Both the position numbers and the translations under genes were made by a program. From Acidobacteriota bacterium (GTDB lineage Bacteria > Acidobacteriota > Thermoanaerobaculia > Multivoradales > JBCCEF01): a stretch of DNA of 64,000 nucleotides. This document shows, piece by piece, positions 23,279-33,638 of the stretch (the first letter of the stretch is position 1; the number at the start of each line of letters is the position of its first letter). The notes beneath the pieces were generated by a model. That model was not told where the DNA came from and did no database searches. It was given only the letters and a program-made list of their open reading frames with translations. The stretch covers positions 17,364 through 81,363 of the forward strand of contig JBCCEF010000020.1 in the NCBI GenBank assembly GCA_039030395.1, given 5' to 3'.

Positions 23279-24805
23279 ATGACCCTTCGGAGGCACTCTG
23301 TCCTGAGCTCCCGGCGTGCCGGCATTCTGCTCCACCCCACGTCTCTGCCCGGTCCCTTCGGCATCGGCGATCTCGGTCCCAGCGCGCTGAGGTTTCTCTT
23401 TTGGCTCCGAGACGCTGGCCAGAGCGTGTGGCAGTTGCTCCCCCTCGGCCCCACAGGCCTTGGCAATTCCCCCTACGGCGCCCTCTCAGGCCTCGCCGGG
23501 AATCCGCTCTTGATCTCCCCGGACTGGCTCGAGTGGAATGATCTGCTGGAGCCTGAGGAAGTTACGGCGTGTCACTTCCACGGGGCGGTGGATTACGCCA
23601 GGGCGGGCGCCCTCAAGGACCGACTCCTGCGGCAGGCCCACGGCCGTTGGCTGAAGCTGGACCGGCAAGATTCCCGCCGGCTCCGGGTGGAGCGAGCGAT
23701 GGAAGAGCAGGGGCCGTGGCTGGAAGAATGGTGTCTGTTCGCGGCCCTGAAAGACAGCCTGGGCGGCCGGTCCTGGCTCGAATGGGACGGCGCTCTTCGA
23801 GATCGGGATCCCACAGCCCTCGCCGATGCCCGGCAGCGTCTTGCCGAGGAGATTTCATTCCACCGCACCTGCCAAGGTTTCTTCGCTCTGCAGTGGAACC
23901 GCCTACGCCGAGTAGCCAAAAGCCTCGGCATCACTCTGTTCGGCGACCTGCCGATCTACCCGGCCCTCGACAGCGTGGAGGTCTGGGCGAACCCACGGTT
24001 GTTCGACCTCGACGAGAAGGGCCGTCCCAGGGCCATCTCCGGCGTCCCGCCGGACGACTTTTCAGATGACGGTCAGCTCTGGGGTAGTCCGATCTACCGC
24101 TGGGAGCGACTGGCCGAGGAAGGCTATCGCTGGTGGACCGAGCGGGTCGAAGGCGCCCTACGGCGCGTCGACCTCCTGCGCCTCGACCATTTTCGCGGCT
24201 TCGAGGCCTACTGGGCGGTGCCAGCGGATGCCGACAGCGCGGCGGAGGGGGAATGGCGGCCGGGACCTGGGCGGGCATTGTTCGAGGCGCTGGCCGCCGA
24301 TCTCGGACACCTGCCCTTGGTCGCCGAGGATCTCGGGGTGATCACGCCGGAGGTCGAAGAACTCCGCGATAGCCTCGGCCTACCCGGTATGCGCGTACTC
24401 CAGTTCGCCTTCGACGAGCCTGAAAGCGTACACCTACCCCACGCCGCGCCGAAACGGTCCGTCGCCTACACGGGAACCCACGACAACGACACGTCGGAGG
24501 GATGGTTCGCCTCCCTGCCGGCGGAGCGACAACGAACCGTGCAGACCTACCTCCGGACCGAAGGCGGTGAGCCGATCGCCTGGGCGATGCTGCGGGCGAT
24601 CTACGCCTCTCCCGCCCGCCTCGCCATCGCTCCATTCCAGGACCTTCTAGAACTGGGCTCCGAGGCTCGAATCAACACTCCAGGCAAAGGTTCAGGAAAC
24701 TGGAGCTGGCGCCTCGCCGGACTCTATCCCTGGCGCGAAGCATCCGGGCCGCGGCTGCGGGCACTGACGGAAAGTGCTGGCCGTCTTGCGGCATTCGGCG
24801 GCTAA
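23279..24805 (+). CDS. malQ: 4-alpha-glucanotransferase (amylomaltase)
   Basis: It carries RRAGILLHPTSLPGPFGIGDLG, LRLDHFRGF, VAEDLGVITPEV and TGTHDNDT. Confidence 0.9.
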   Translation: MTLRRHSVLSSRRAGILLHPTSLPGPFGIGDLGPSALRFLFWLRDAGQSVWQLLPLGPTGLGNSPYGALSGLAGNPLLISPDWLEWNDLLEPEEVTACHFHGAVDYARAGALKDRLLRQAHGRWLKLDRQDSRRLRVERAMEEQGPWLEEWCLFAALKDSLGGRSWLEWDGALRDRDPTALADARQRLAEEISFHRTCQGFFALQWNRLRRVAKSLGITLFGDLPIYPALDSVEVWANPRLFDLDEKGRPRAISGVPPDDFSDDGQLWGSPIYRWERLAEEGYRWWTERVEGALRRVDLLRLDHFRGFEAYWAVPADADSAAEGEWRPGPGRALFEALAADLGHLPLVAEDLGVITPEVEELRDSLGLPGMRVLQFAFDEPESVHLPHAAPKRSVAYTGTHDNDTSEGWFASLPAERQRTVQTYLRTEGGEPIAWAMLRAIYASPARLAIAPFQDLLELGSEARINTPGKGSGNWSWRLAGLYPWREASGPRLRALTESAGRLAAFGG

Positions 24806-26961
24806 CCGCGCTGGAGCGCCGGCAGGTAGGCGTCGCGGGCGTAGTCGCTGACCATGCGGCCGCTCGAGAAACGCGGCGTAACGGTGGCGATGGAGCTGCG
24901 CACCCGCTCCGACCAGCGCTCCGAGGGGCCGTCTGCCGGCCGGTCATAGTACTCCTCGGCCACTTGTTCGAGGGTGTCGTAGAGGGACTCCGCGTCCAGG
25001 CGGTCGAGGTCTTCCTCGCTGCCGGAGCGCGGCTCGGCGCTGCCGATCGCCCAGCCGTTGGTGCCGTCGAAGCCCTCCGGCCACCAGCCGTCGAGGATCG
25101 ACAGGTTCGGCACGCCGTTCATCGCTGCCTTCTGGCCGCTGGTGCCGCTCGCCTCCATCGGGCGGCGCGGGGTGTTGAGCCACACATCCACGCCCTGCAC
25201 CATCATCTGGCCGATGCGCATGTCGTAGTCCTCCATGAAGAAGACTCGACCCTGGAAGTCCGGTGATTGGCTCAGCTCGAAGATCTGCCGAATCAAGTCC
25301 TGCCCCGGAATATCTGCCGGATGGGCCTTGCCGGCAAACAGCAGCATGGTGGGCTGCTCGCGGTGCCACAGGATTTGCTTCAGCCGGTCGAGGTCGCGAA
25401 ACACCAGCCGCGCTCGCTTGTAGGTGGCGAAACGCCGCGCGAAGCCGATCAGCAGGGCCGTCGGATCGAGCAGTTCCGAGACCGCTTCCAACTCTTGCGG
25501 CGAGCGCCCGTGGCGGGCGAACTGGTCGCGCCAGCGGGAGCGGGAAAAGCGCACCAGGCGCTCCTTTTGGGCCTGCCGGGCACTCCACAGCTCGCGGTCC
25601 GTCAGTTCCCGTAGCCGGGCGCTGGCGCCTTGCGGATCGATCAACAAATCCTCTCGCCATTCGGAGCCCAGGCGCCGTTCGAAAAGCGTCTTCATCTCGC
25701 GGCCGATCCAGGTGGAGGCGTGGACGCCGTTGGTGATCGGCTGGATATGCACCTCTTCGCCGTCCGGCACCCGGGTGAGATGGCGCCACATGTCATTGGT
25801 CACCTCGGCGTTGAGGCGGCTGACGGCGTTCGAAAAGGCGCTCGAGCGCAGTCCGAGGGCGGTCAAATTGAAGGCATCGTCGCCGGCTCGGCCGCTCGCG
25901 CCGAGGTCGAGAAGATCTTCGGTGCTCATCCCGAAGGTACCGGAGAACGGCACCAGGTAGCGCTGCGCCAGGTGGCGGTCGAAGGTTTCGTTGCCCGCCG
26001 GCACCGGCGTGTGGGTGGTAAACACCGTCTGCGCGGCGATCTGCCGCAGGGCATCGGAGAGGTTGCCCACCCCGGACTTCTCCACCTGGCGCAATCGCTC
26101 GAGTTGCAGCAGAGCGCAGTGTCCTTCGTTGATATGCCATATCGTCGCCTCGATGCCGAGGGCGGCCAGCGCCCGGGCGCCGCCGATGCCGAGGATCACC
26201 TCCTGCGCCAGGCGCATCTCGCGGCCGCGCACGTAGAGATTGTTGGTGATCGGCCGGAGGGCGGAAGGGTTGTCCGGCACGTCCGTATCGAGCAGGACCA
26301 AGGGCACCCGGCCGACCTGCGCCACCCACACCTGCACCGTCACTTCACGGTCCGCCAGGGGCACCTTGACCTGCACTTCCCGGCGAGTTTGGCCGATCGC
26401 CGGCCGCAGCGGCAGGCGGGTGAAGTCGTACTCCGGGTAGAAGTGCTGCTGGCGACCCTCCGGATCGATCGTCTGGCGGAAATAACCGCAGCGGTAGAGC
26501 AAACCCACCGCCACCAGCGGCAGGCCGAGATCGCTGGCGCTCTTGGTGTGGTCGCCGGACAGCACCCCCAAGCCGCCGGAATAGATCGCCAGGCTCTGGT
26601 GCAGGCCGTACTCCATCGAGAAATAGGCCACCGTCCGTCCCTCCGGCGCCCCACCCTGGCGCTCGAACCAGGTGTTCCCTTCGCGGTAGCGATCAAAGGC
26701 CTCTAGGGTGTCTCGGAAGTCGCTCATGAAGGAGTCGCTGTCGAGCAGCGCTTGCCAGTCCGAGGGCTTGACGTTGATCAGCATCTGCACCGGATTGCGG
26801 TACTGCTCCCAGGCCCAGCGATCGATGCGGGAGAACAAATTGTCCGCCTCCGGGCTCCAGGTCCACCACAGGTTGTAGGCCAGGTCGTAGAGCCTCGCCA
26901 CCTCGTCCGGCAATTCGATATCGGCGGTGGGCAGAGTGGGGATGGCGAGGTTCTTCGGCAT
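24802..26961 (-). CDS. glgP: alpha-glucan phosphorylase (GT35, TIGR02094-like)
   Basis: It carries LAYNLWWTWSPEA, GGLGVLSGDHTKSASDLGLPLVAVGLLY and EASGTSGQKAAMNG. Confidence 0.9.
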   Translation of the reverse strand: MPKNLAIPTLPTADIELPDEVARLYDLAYNLWWTWSPEADNLFSRIDRWAWEQYRNPVQMLINVKPSDWQALLDSDSFMSDFRDTLEAFDRYREGNTWFERQGGAPEGRTVAYFSMEYGLHQSLAIYSGGLGVLSGDHTKSASDLGLPLVAVGLLYRCGYFRQTIDPEGRQQHFYPEYDFTRLPLRPAIGQTRREVQVKVPLADREVTVQVWVAQVGRVPLVLLDTDVPDNPSALRPITNNLYVRGREMRLAQEVILGIGGARALAALGIEATIWHINEGHCALLQLERLRQVEKSGVGNLSDALRQIAAQTVFTTHTPVPAGNETFDRHLAQRYLVPFSGTFGMSTEDLLDLGASGRAGDDAFNLTALGLRSSAFSNAVSRLNAEVTNDMWRHLTRVPDGEEVHIQPITNGVHASTWIGREMKTLFERRLGSEWREDLLIDPQGASARLRELTDRELWSARQAQKERLVRFSRSRWRDQFARHGRSPQELEAVSELLDPTALLIGFARRFATYKRARLVFRDLDRLKQILWHREQPTMLLFAGKAHPADIPGQDLIRQIFELSQSPDFQGRVFFMEDYDMRIGQMMVQGVDVWLNTPRRPMEASGTSGQKAAMNGVPNLSILDGWWPEGFDGTNGWAIGSAEPRSGSEEDLDRLDAESLYDTLEQVAEEYYDRPADGPSERWSERVRSSIATVTPRFSSGRMVSDYARDAYLPALQRG

Positions 26962-27282
26962 GGCGGTACGGCTCCCGGAGTTGGATCTTCGGCTGGCGAA
27001 AAGGAACAGGAATCTGCAGACAGGTCGGCGAGAGCATATCGCTCAGCGCCACGATCCGCTACCGAAGAACACCCGCCGAAGGCCACCCGCCACCGCTCGG
27101 CGAAGACCGGCGAATGGGAGGTGAGGCCGCCCGGCTTGGGAGCCATTGAGCCGCAAATTCTTTACCTTTCACTCAAGCCTCACCGCGAGTAAACCTTTTC
27201 GCTGCGCTCTTCGTATCTTATGTACGTACTCATCTGCCGGCCGGAAAAGATGAAATCGGTATTCCGGCCCGGAATGGACATC

Positions 27283-27311
27283 GGTCGCCCCGAGCGGGCC
27301 TCGGGGCGACC
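27283..27311 (+). promoter_or_regulatory. perfect 12-bp GC-rich hairpin in the 5' leader of the large secreted protease gene
   Basis: ggtcgccccgag (27283-27294), loop cgggc, then ctcggggcgacc (27300-27311). It ends ~13 nt upstream of the AAAAAGGAG RBS. There is no T-tract. Confidence 0.4.
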
Positions 27312-27335
27312 ACCGAAAGCAAAAAGGAGATCTTC

Positions 27336-30300
27336 ATGAGTTTCCGCTCCTCGTTTTCTCCTCAATCCCCCTTTCTCCATCGAACTTATCCCGTACTGCT
27401 GATCCTCCTCTTGCTCAGCGGTGGCGCGGCCAATGCCGCCGTACCTTCTCCGCCGGGGGCGGAGTCGGATCTGGCGGCCCGTGCCACCGGTGAGCAACTT
27501 GGTCACCGGTTGGCGGTACCGATGCGGTCGACCCAGATCCCAGACGGTCCCCAGGCTGACGCGTGGAAGCGATTCGAGGAAGCCGTCGGCCTAAGCCGCG
27601 AGAGTGCCGAGCGTGCATTCTTCGACGAACGGACCGGCCGGCCGGAGATCGTCGAGCTGTCGGTGCCTTGGATCCCCGGCGCCGGCAATGACCTGGTGGC
27701 CGGTGCGCAGGTCGAGGGCCACGACACCCTCGCGACGCTGGAAGCCCTCGGCCGATCCTGGATCGACTCCTATTCCGACTTGGCGGGAATCACCTCAACG
27801 GAACTGGTGCTGGACGAAGCGGCGTCCCAGGGCGTCGGTCCCTTCACGGACTCCCAGGGCACGACCCGTCATCGCCTCTGGCACTTGGCCTTTGATTGGG
27901 CACCCCACGGCCTGCCGGTAGAAGGCGCGCGGGTGATCTTCCGCGTCAACCACGGCAATCTGGTGCACTGGGAGATGAAGAACATCACCAGCGCCCTCGA
28001 TGTCCCGCGAGCCGATATCCCGGCGCTGCTGGTCTCCTCGGCGGACACCCGCAAGGCCCTTCACAGCTACCTGGGAGGAGACCGCAAGGCCGATCTCGAA
28101 CTCCAGCCAGGAGATCTCAAGCTGATCGCCACCTCGCCGCAGAACAAGGTCGGTGCAGGAGCCCCGGTGTACGAGGGGACCTTCGGCCGTGGCATCGAAT
28201 ATCGGCTGGTCCGCGAACACTCCTTCAAGGTGCCTGGAGACAGCGAAGTTTGGGAGGGCTTGGTGGATGCCCGCACCGGTCAGGTGATCTCCTTCCGCGG
28301 CACCGCCGTCCACAACGTGGCCAAGGGCAAGGTGCGGCCCAACGGCAGCCTGACGACGGAAACCTCGATGGACTTTCCGCTGGTCGACTACCGCCGAAGC
28401 CCGGTTCTCTTCGCGGACGAGGACGGGCAGTTCACGTCCTCCGTTGCCAATCGCTCCTTCATGCAGGGCAAGGAGATCGAGATGGACGACGTCTGCGGCC
28501 CGATCGATTTCAGCACCCCGGTGGGTGATCTCGACTTCGGCGGCGCCGCCAACCCGTTCAGCAACGACTGCAACAGCACCGCCGGACCGACCGACGGCAA
28601 CACTTCGGCGAGCCGGACGAGCTACTTTTGGGCCAACGACATTCTCAAGCGGATCAAGGACTTCATCCCCGGATTCACCTGGCAGGCAGGGAGCGCCACC
28701 GGTCCCTTGACGATCGAAGTGAACCGCGACGAGGGCGTGTGCCTCGGCCAGTACTTCGAGGCGCCGGATCACAAGATCGAGATGAGCCGGGACGTTCCGC
28801 GCTGCAACAACGCCGGCGAGAACGTCACCCACATCTTGCACGAGGTGGGACACGCCATCGATTTCACGGACGGTTCTCACCCGGGGACCGACGGCGGCTC
28901 CGGTGAAGGCTACGCGGATATCGTGGCCTTCCTGCACACGGAGGACGCCTGCAACGGCCGCGGTGCCGCCTTCGCCGACGGCTGCGGCGCCTTCATGAAC
29001 TACACCTGCAGCGCCGGTTGCGACGGTTTCCGGGAGGCCGACTGGCAGCTTCACCAGCCGCCGGTGCCGCACACCCCCGAGACCAACCTGGCCTGTCAGA
29101 ACTGGGGTGGCGGCTGGATCGGCCCTTGCGGCAAGCTGCCGCACTGCGAGATGCCGCCGGCGGTGGAGTCGGTGTGGGACTTGATCCAGGAGTTCATCCT
29201 GGCCGGAGATCCTCAGTCGGTCGCTTTCGACCGGCTGGAAGACCTCTTCTACTCCACCCGCCCGACGGCGGGTTCGATGTTCACCTGTAGCTTCGCCCAG
29301 ACGACCCGCGAGGGCGGCGCCATCGCCGGTTCGCTCTACCACAGCTTCCGGGCCTACGACGACTGCGACGGTGATCCGTCGAACGGCACGCCCAATGCCG
29401 AGGCCATCTTCACGGCTCTGTCGCGGCACGAGATCGCCGTTGGAACGGCGAGCGATCCGGCCAATCAGGACAACGACTGCTCGGCCTCGGTCACGGTCAC
29501 CGAGCCGGCGTCCGGCGATCATTGGACGATCGGCAACGGCCGCTTCATTCGCTGGACGACGGACGGCGTGGCGGGCAATGTGCGCATCGCCCTGTCGCGC
29601 AACGGCGGCGCCTTCCAGACGCTGTTTGCCAACACCCCCAACGACGGGGTCCAGAGTTGGCTGGTCACCGGTCCCGTCGCCGATACGGCGGTGGTCCGGG
29701 TTTCGAGCGTGGCGGACCCGGGGGTGTTCGACGACAGCGAAGCCTTCTCGATCACCGTGGCGGGCTTTGTCATCGACTCGACCGGCGACGCCGGTGACGC
29801 CAATTTGAAGGACAACGCTTGTGCTACGGCGGGTTCCGTTTGCACCCTGCGCGCCGCCATCGAGCAGGCCAACGCCTCCATCGGACAGCAGCGCCTGACC
29901 TTCGCCCTGCCCGGCGGCAACACCTTCCAGCCGGCCTCACCGCTGCCGACCGTCACCGATCCGATCCATATCGACGGCAACACCCAGACCCCGCAAGGGG
30001 TGGTCGAGATCGACGGCAGCAGCGCCGGAGCGTCCGTTGACGGACTGCTGGTGACGGCCGGCGGCTCGGAGATCGGCGGCTTGGTGATCAACCGCTTCGA
30101 CGGCAACGGCATCCACCTGAGCGGGGGTAGCGGCAACATCATCGAGCGCAACCGCATCGGCACCGATCAAAGCGGACTGCTGGATCGGGGCAACACCCTG
30201 GCCGGAGTGCAGGTCAGCAACTCCGCGGACAACATCATCGGCGCCCTGCGGCCGGGCGGCGGCAACGTGCTGTCGGGCAACCGCTTCGGCCTGCGGCTGA

Positions 30301-30980
30301 CCGGCTCCGGCTCCTCCGGCAACCTCATCTTCGGCAACACCATCGGCTTGTCCGTATACAACCAGGGACCCCTCGGAAACGATCGGCACGGCATTGTGAT
30401 CGTCAACGGAGCGAGCCGAAACGTGATCAACGACGGCGTGCCCCGCGGGGTGATCATTCGCGACATGACGGCGAACTTCATCGCCCACAACGGCCGCGAC
30501 GGCATCTCCGTTCTTGGCGGTACCCGCAACGACATCTACGCCAACCGGATTTTCGACAACGGCGGTCTCGGCATCGACCTGTCGAACGACGGCGTGACCC
30601 CAAACGACGCCGGCGACGGCGACAGCGGGCCGAACAACCTGCAGAACTTCCCGGTAATCCTGAATGTCGATGTACAGGCCACCAAGACGGTGATCACGGG
30701 AACGCTGGATCTCGGCTTTGGCTTCGATCAGTCCTTCCTGATCGACGTCTACGCCAACACCGCCTGCGATCCGTCGGGCCATGGCGAGGGGGAGCGGCAC
30801 TACAAGCCCTTCACCTTGACCACCCAGCCTAATGGCGACTGGACCGTCGAGGTGCTGACCCTCTTCCAACCCGGTGAGGCGGTCACCGCCACCGCGACCC
30901 GGTTGGAGTCCACGTCGGAATTCTCGGCCTGCTTCACGGTGCCCACGCCGCCGACGCAGCCGGGGCCCGCGGACTCCTAG
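27336..30980 (+). CDS. large secreted protein: thermolysin/fungalysin-like gluzincin metalloprotease region plus C-terminal right-handed parallel beta-helix repeats
   Basis: A signal peptide is present (LLILLLLSGGAANA). The HExxH motif HILHEVGHAIDF is followed ~20 aa later by GSGEGYADIVAF, which would supply the Glu third zinc ligand. The CTLRAAIEQANA motif and repeated GN..G/NRIG.D segments are typical of PbH1 beta-helix proteins. Confidence 0.75.
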   Translation: MSFRSSFSPQSPFLHRTYPVLLILLLLSGGAANAAVPSPPGAESDLAARATGEQLGHRLAVPMRSTQIPDGPQADAWKRFEEAVGLSRESAERAFFDERTGRPEIVELSVPWIPGAGNDLVAGAQVEGHDTLATLEALGRSWIDSYSDLAGITSTELVLDEAASQGVGPFTDSQGTTRHRLWHLAFDWAPHGLPVEGARVIFRVNHGNLVHWEMKNITSALDVPRADIPALLVSSADTRKALHSYLGGDRKADLELQPGDLKLIATSPQNKVGAGAPVYEGTFGRGIEYRLVREHSFKVPGDSEVWEGLVDARTGQVISFRGTAVHNVAKGKVRPNGSLTTETSMDFPLVDYRRSPVLFADEDGQFTSSVANRSFMQGKEIEMDDVCGPIDFSTPVGDLDFGGAANPFSNDCNSTAGPTDGNTSASRTSYFWANDILKRIKDFIPGFTWQAGSATGPLTIEVNRDEGVCLGQYFEAPDHKIEMSRDVPRCNNAGENVTHILHEVGHAIDFTDGSHPGTDGGSGEGYADIVAFLHTEDACNGRGAAFADGCGAFMNYTCSAGCDGFREADWQLHQPPVPHTPETNLACQNWGGGWIGPCGKLPHCEMPPAVESVWDLIQEFILAGDPQSVAFDRLEDLFYSTRPTAGSMFTCSFAQTTREGGAIAGSLYHSFRAYDDCDGDPSNGTPNAEAIFTALSRHEIAVGTASDPANQDNDCSASVTVTEPASGDHWTIGNGRFIRWTTDGVAGNVRIALSRNGGAFQTLFANTPNDGVQSWLVTGPVADTAVVRVSSVADPGVFDDSEAFSITVAGFVIDSTGDAGDANLKDNACATAGSVCTLRAAIEQANASIGQQRLTFALPGGNTFQPASPLPTVTDPIHIDGNTQTPQGVVEIDGSSAGASVDGLLVTAGGSEIGGLVINRFDGNGIHLSGGSGNIIERNRIGTDQSGLLDRGNTLAGVQVSNSADNIIGALRPGGGNVLSGNRFGLRLTGSGSSGNLIFGNTIGLSVYNQGPLGNDRHGIVIVNGASRNVINDGVPRGVIIRDMTANFIAHNGRDGISVLGGTRNDIYANRIFDNGGLGIDLSNDGVTPNDAGDGDSGPNNLQNFPVILNVDVQATKTVITGTLDLGFGFDQSFLIDVYANTACDPSGHGEGERHYKPFTLTTQPNGDWTVEVLTLFQPGEAVTATATRLESTSEFSACFTVPTPPTQPGPADS

Positions 30981-30997
30981 TCCTGTCGAGGAGTTCC

Positions 30998-31038
30998 CTT
31001 CCCGAATCCGAGGCCCGAATGGCTTCGGGTTCGGGAAG
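30998..31038 (+). terminator. long (17-bp, one G-U) hairpin directly after the protease gene; candidate intrinsic terminator without a U-tract
   Basis: cttcccgaa-t-ccgaggcc-cgaat-ggcttcgg-g-ttcgggaag. Confidence 0.45.
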
Positions 31039-31229
31039 CTTCGTGACAAGGATGACCAAATGTTTCTCTCGTCGAAGAACCAGAAGGTTCCGGGCTTCTA
31101 GCTCTGTCGTTGACCAGCTGTCATACGCCGCGCTACATTGCCTGCATTACTACGTAGTTGACAGTTCTCCTGACTCTCGATCGGCGCTGTTTCTCGACTT
31201 TTCGCGCCGCCGACGGGGAGGCCTTTCGC

Positions 31230-31712
31230 CTAGTGCTGGACCTGCCCTGAGGGGTATTGAGGATCTCGATCCGCCAGCCACAGAACCAAACGATCGAAGG
31301 AATCCGGCCATCCCCGGTGAGCGTCGCGCGAGGCGGAATCGCCGAAGTGGCTGTGTCTGAGCACCACCCGCGTACCGTCGCCCTCCCGTTCGAAGGTGAG
31401 TTCGACCATCGTCTCCCCCCGCTGGAGAGGACCCTCGACCCACTCCCAGCTATAGGACAAGCGGGTCGGCGGTGAGACCTCCCGGAAGCGACCGACGTGC
31501 GCGTAGCGCGAGCCGTCCGGCGCCCTCAGGGCCACCCGGTAGCTCTCCCCCACCCTCGCCGGGAAGGTCAGTTCTTCGATCACAAAACCGTTCGGCCCCC
31601 ACCATTGCTGGAGCAGGGCCGGGTCCGTAAAGGCCTCGAACACGCGTTCGATCGGTGCCGCGAACCAGCGATCGAGTTCGAGGGCGAGGCCGGGCGGGCG
31701 GAGAGCGGTCAA
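31230..31712 (-). CDS. SRPBCC superfamily protein, AHSA1 (Aha1-like) domain
   Basis: It carries VFEAFTDPALLQQWWGPNGF and YSWEW, which are typical AHSA1 family motifs. It overlaps the upstream ArsR gene by 4 nt. Confidence 0.8.
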   Translation of the reverse strand: MTALRPPGLALELDRWFAAPIERVFEAFTDPALLQQWWGPNGFVIEELTFPARVGESYRVALRAPDGSRYAHVGRFREVSPPTRLSYSWEWVEGPLQRGETMVELTFEREGDGTRVVLRHSHFGDSASRDAHRGWPDSFDRLVLWLADRDPQYPSGQVQH

Positions 31713-32056
31713 TTCTCCGTTCCTCCGCGCCTCTCCCGATCGAGCAGCGCTTCCAGGGCGTCCAGTTGCTCAGACCACAGATGGCGCATCTCTTCCAGCC
31801 AGCCGAGCCCCTCCCATAGCGGACGCGGAGTGAGCCGGTTGCGGCGGTGGCGGCCGTCGCGGGTGCGCTCCACCAGCCCGGCACGCTCCAACACCGTCAG
31901 ATGCTTGGTCATGGTCGACGGAGCGAGGGAAAAAGGCAGCGAGAGCTGGCCCACTGTTGCCTCTCCTTTCGCCAGTTCGCGAAGTATTCCCCGACGTGTC
32001 GGATCCGAAAGGGCTTGGAATAGCGAGTCCAAATGCTGTGAATGAGAGGTTTGCAT
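31709..32056 (-). CDS. ArsR/SmtB family transcriptional regulator
   Basis: It carries LFQALSDPTRRGILRELAKGEATVGQL...STMTKHLTVLERAGLV, a winged HTH. The start is taken at ATG 32056 rather than the longer ORF-track start. Confidence 0.85.
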   Translation of the reverse strand: MQTSHSQHLDSLFQALSDPTRRGILRELAKGEATVGQLSLPFSLAPSTMTKHLTVLERAGLVERTRDGRHRRNRLTPRPLWEGLGWLEEMRHLWSEQLDALEALLDRERRGGTEN

Positions 32057-32252
32057 GTCCACCAGCGTAGCATGACGGGCGCGCTGAGACACAAATAGCG
32101 GGAGTCGTCTAGAAAAATTTGATTCGCCTATTGGCGAAACCATTGAACTCTCTGTGCGTACAAATTGGCATGACCGGGAGTCCGCACCGAAGTCCATGCG
32201 CCGGCTTCGGTGCCCTCCGAGAAACCTTCAACCCTTCGCGAAAGGATGAGTC

Positions 32253-33638
32253 ATGCATCGCAAAAACAGTCTGGGAACAGTGCTTCTGGTGATCGCAGCG
32301 TGGACCTGGTCCACCGGCCTGTTGGGGATCGAGAGTGAGCGGATCCCGACGACCCCAAGCTCTCAGCCTTTTTTCGCCGCGCCGGTCGATTTGGGCGCCT
32401 ACGGGTTCACCGAAGAAGAGTTCATCGTTCGTGGTTCCACCAATGTCTACGAATACGGCCCACTGGGTAAGGTGCGGGTGCAGACCGCCGACGTTCCCTA
32501 CGAGAGCCGCATCCTGGTGAGGCGGCCGAGGCGCGGGCACTTCAACGGCGTCGTGCTGTTGGAATTGTTGAATCCGACGGCCGGCCACGACATCGACTTC
32601 GAGTGGCACTACAACCGGGAGATGCTCCTGCGTCAGGGGTATGCGTGGGTCGGCGCCACCATCAAAGACGTCGCCATCGACTATCTCCGCAACTGGGATC
32701 CGGATCGCTACTCGACCCTCCACATGGTGGACAACGGCCTTGCCTACGGATTCACTACCCAGCTCGGCGCCCTCCTGCGCGACCTCGGCAATCCTGACAA
32801 TCCCCTGGCCCGCTATCCGGTGGAAGTGTTGATCGGCACCGGTTACTCCCAAACCGCCGATTACCTGACCACCTTTGCCAACGAGTTCCACGAAACGTCT
32901 CTCCTACCGGACGGTCGGCACACCTTCGACGGCTATCTCAACGCCGGCGGCAATGGCGCCGCCCGGGGAATCAACAGTTCGGATCCCATTCGCTACTTCG
33001 ACGAGCGCCGCTATCGCCGGGTGGATGCGCCGCTGATCCAGGTGCAATCGGAGAGCGAGGTGGCGATCTTCTTCTATTCGAGCGTCAACACCCGGCAGCC
33101 GGATTCGGAGACCTTCCGGCTGTACGAAATCGCCGGCGGTTCCCACGCCGACGGCGAGGGCCTGAGGCGCACCGGCGAGGTGGTCTCACGGGACATCGGT
33201 GGACCGGTGCTACCGCCGTGCGGTGAACCCCTGAGCCCACTGTCCATCGGGCCGGTGCATCGCGCGAGCCTGACCAACCTGGTGCGCTGGATCCGCTACG
33301 GCGTCGCGCCGCCGCCGGGCCGCTGGCTCGAGACCGACGCCGCCGGCAACGTGATCCGCGATGAGAACGGCAATGTACGTGGCGGCCTTCGGGTGCCGAC
33401 CCTCGAGGTGCCCCTGGGGACCTACGAACCGGGCAACCTGGGGCCGCTACCGTGTCCGGTGGCTGGTGCGCACTTCCGGTTCGATGAGGAGACTCTGGAT
33501 GAGCTCTACCCCACCCACCGGAGCTACGTCCGGCAGGTCACCCGCTCCGCCTTCCGCTCCGCTCTGCGCGGCGATCTGCGCTGGGACGACGCCCTACGCT
33601 ACGCCCTCGAAGCCGCCCGCTCGGATGTCGGTCGCTAG
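32253..33638 (+). CDS. secreted hypothetical protein (possible alpha/beta-hydrolase-like)
   Basis: An N-terminal signal-like segment is present (LGTVLLVIAAWTWSTGLLG). Composition is coding-like throughout. The family was not recognised with confidence. Confidence 0.6.
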   Translation: MHRKNSLGTVLLVIAAWTWSTGLLGIESERIPTTPSSQPFFAAPVDLGAYGFTEEEFIVRGSTNVYEYGPLGKVRVQTADVPYESRILVRRPRRGHFNGVVLLELLNPTAGHDIDFEWHYNREMLLRQGYAWVGATIKDVAIDYLRNWDPDRYSTLHMVDNGLAYGFTTQLGALLRDLGNPDNPLARYPVEVLIGTGYSQTADYLTTFANEFHETSLLPDGRHTFDGYLNAGGNGAARGINSSDPIRYFDERRYRRVDAPLIQVQSESEVAIFFYSSVNTRQPDSETFRLYEIAGGSHADGEGLRRTGEVVSRDIGGPVLPPCGEPLSPLSIGPVHRASLTNLVRWIRYGVAPPPGRWLETDAAGNVIRDENGNVRGGLRVPTLEVPLGTYEPGNLGPLPCPVAGAHFRFDEETLDELYPTHRSYVRQVTRSAFRSALRGDLRWDDALRYALEAARSDVGR

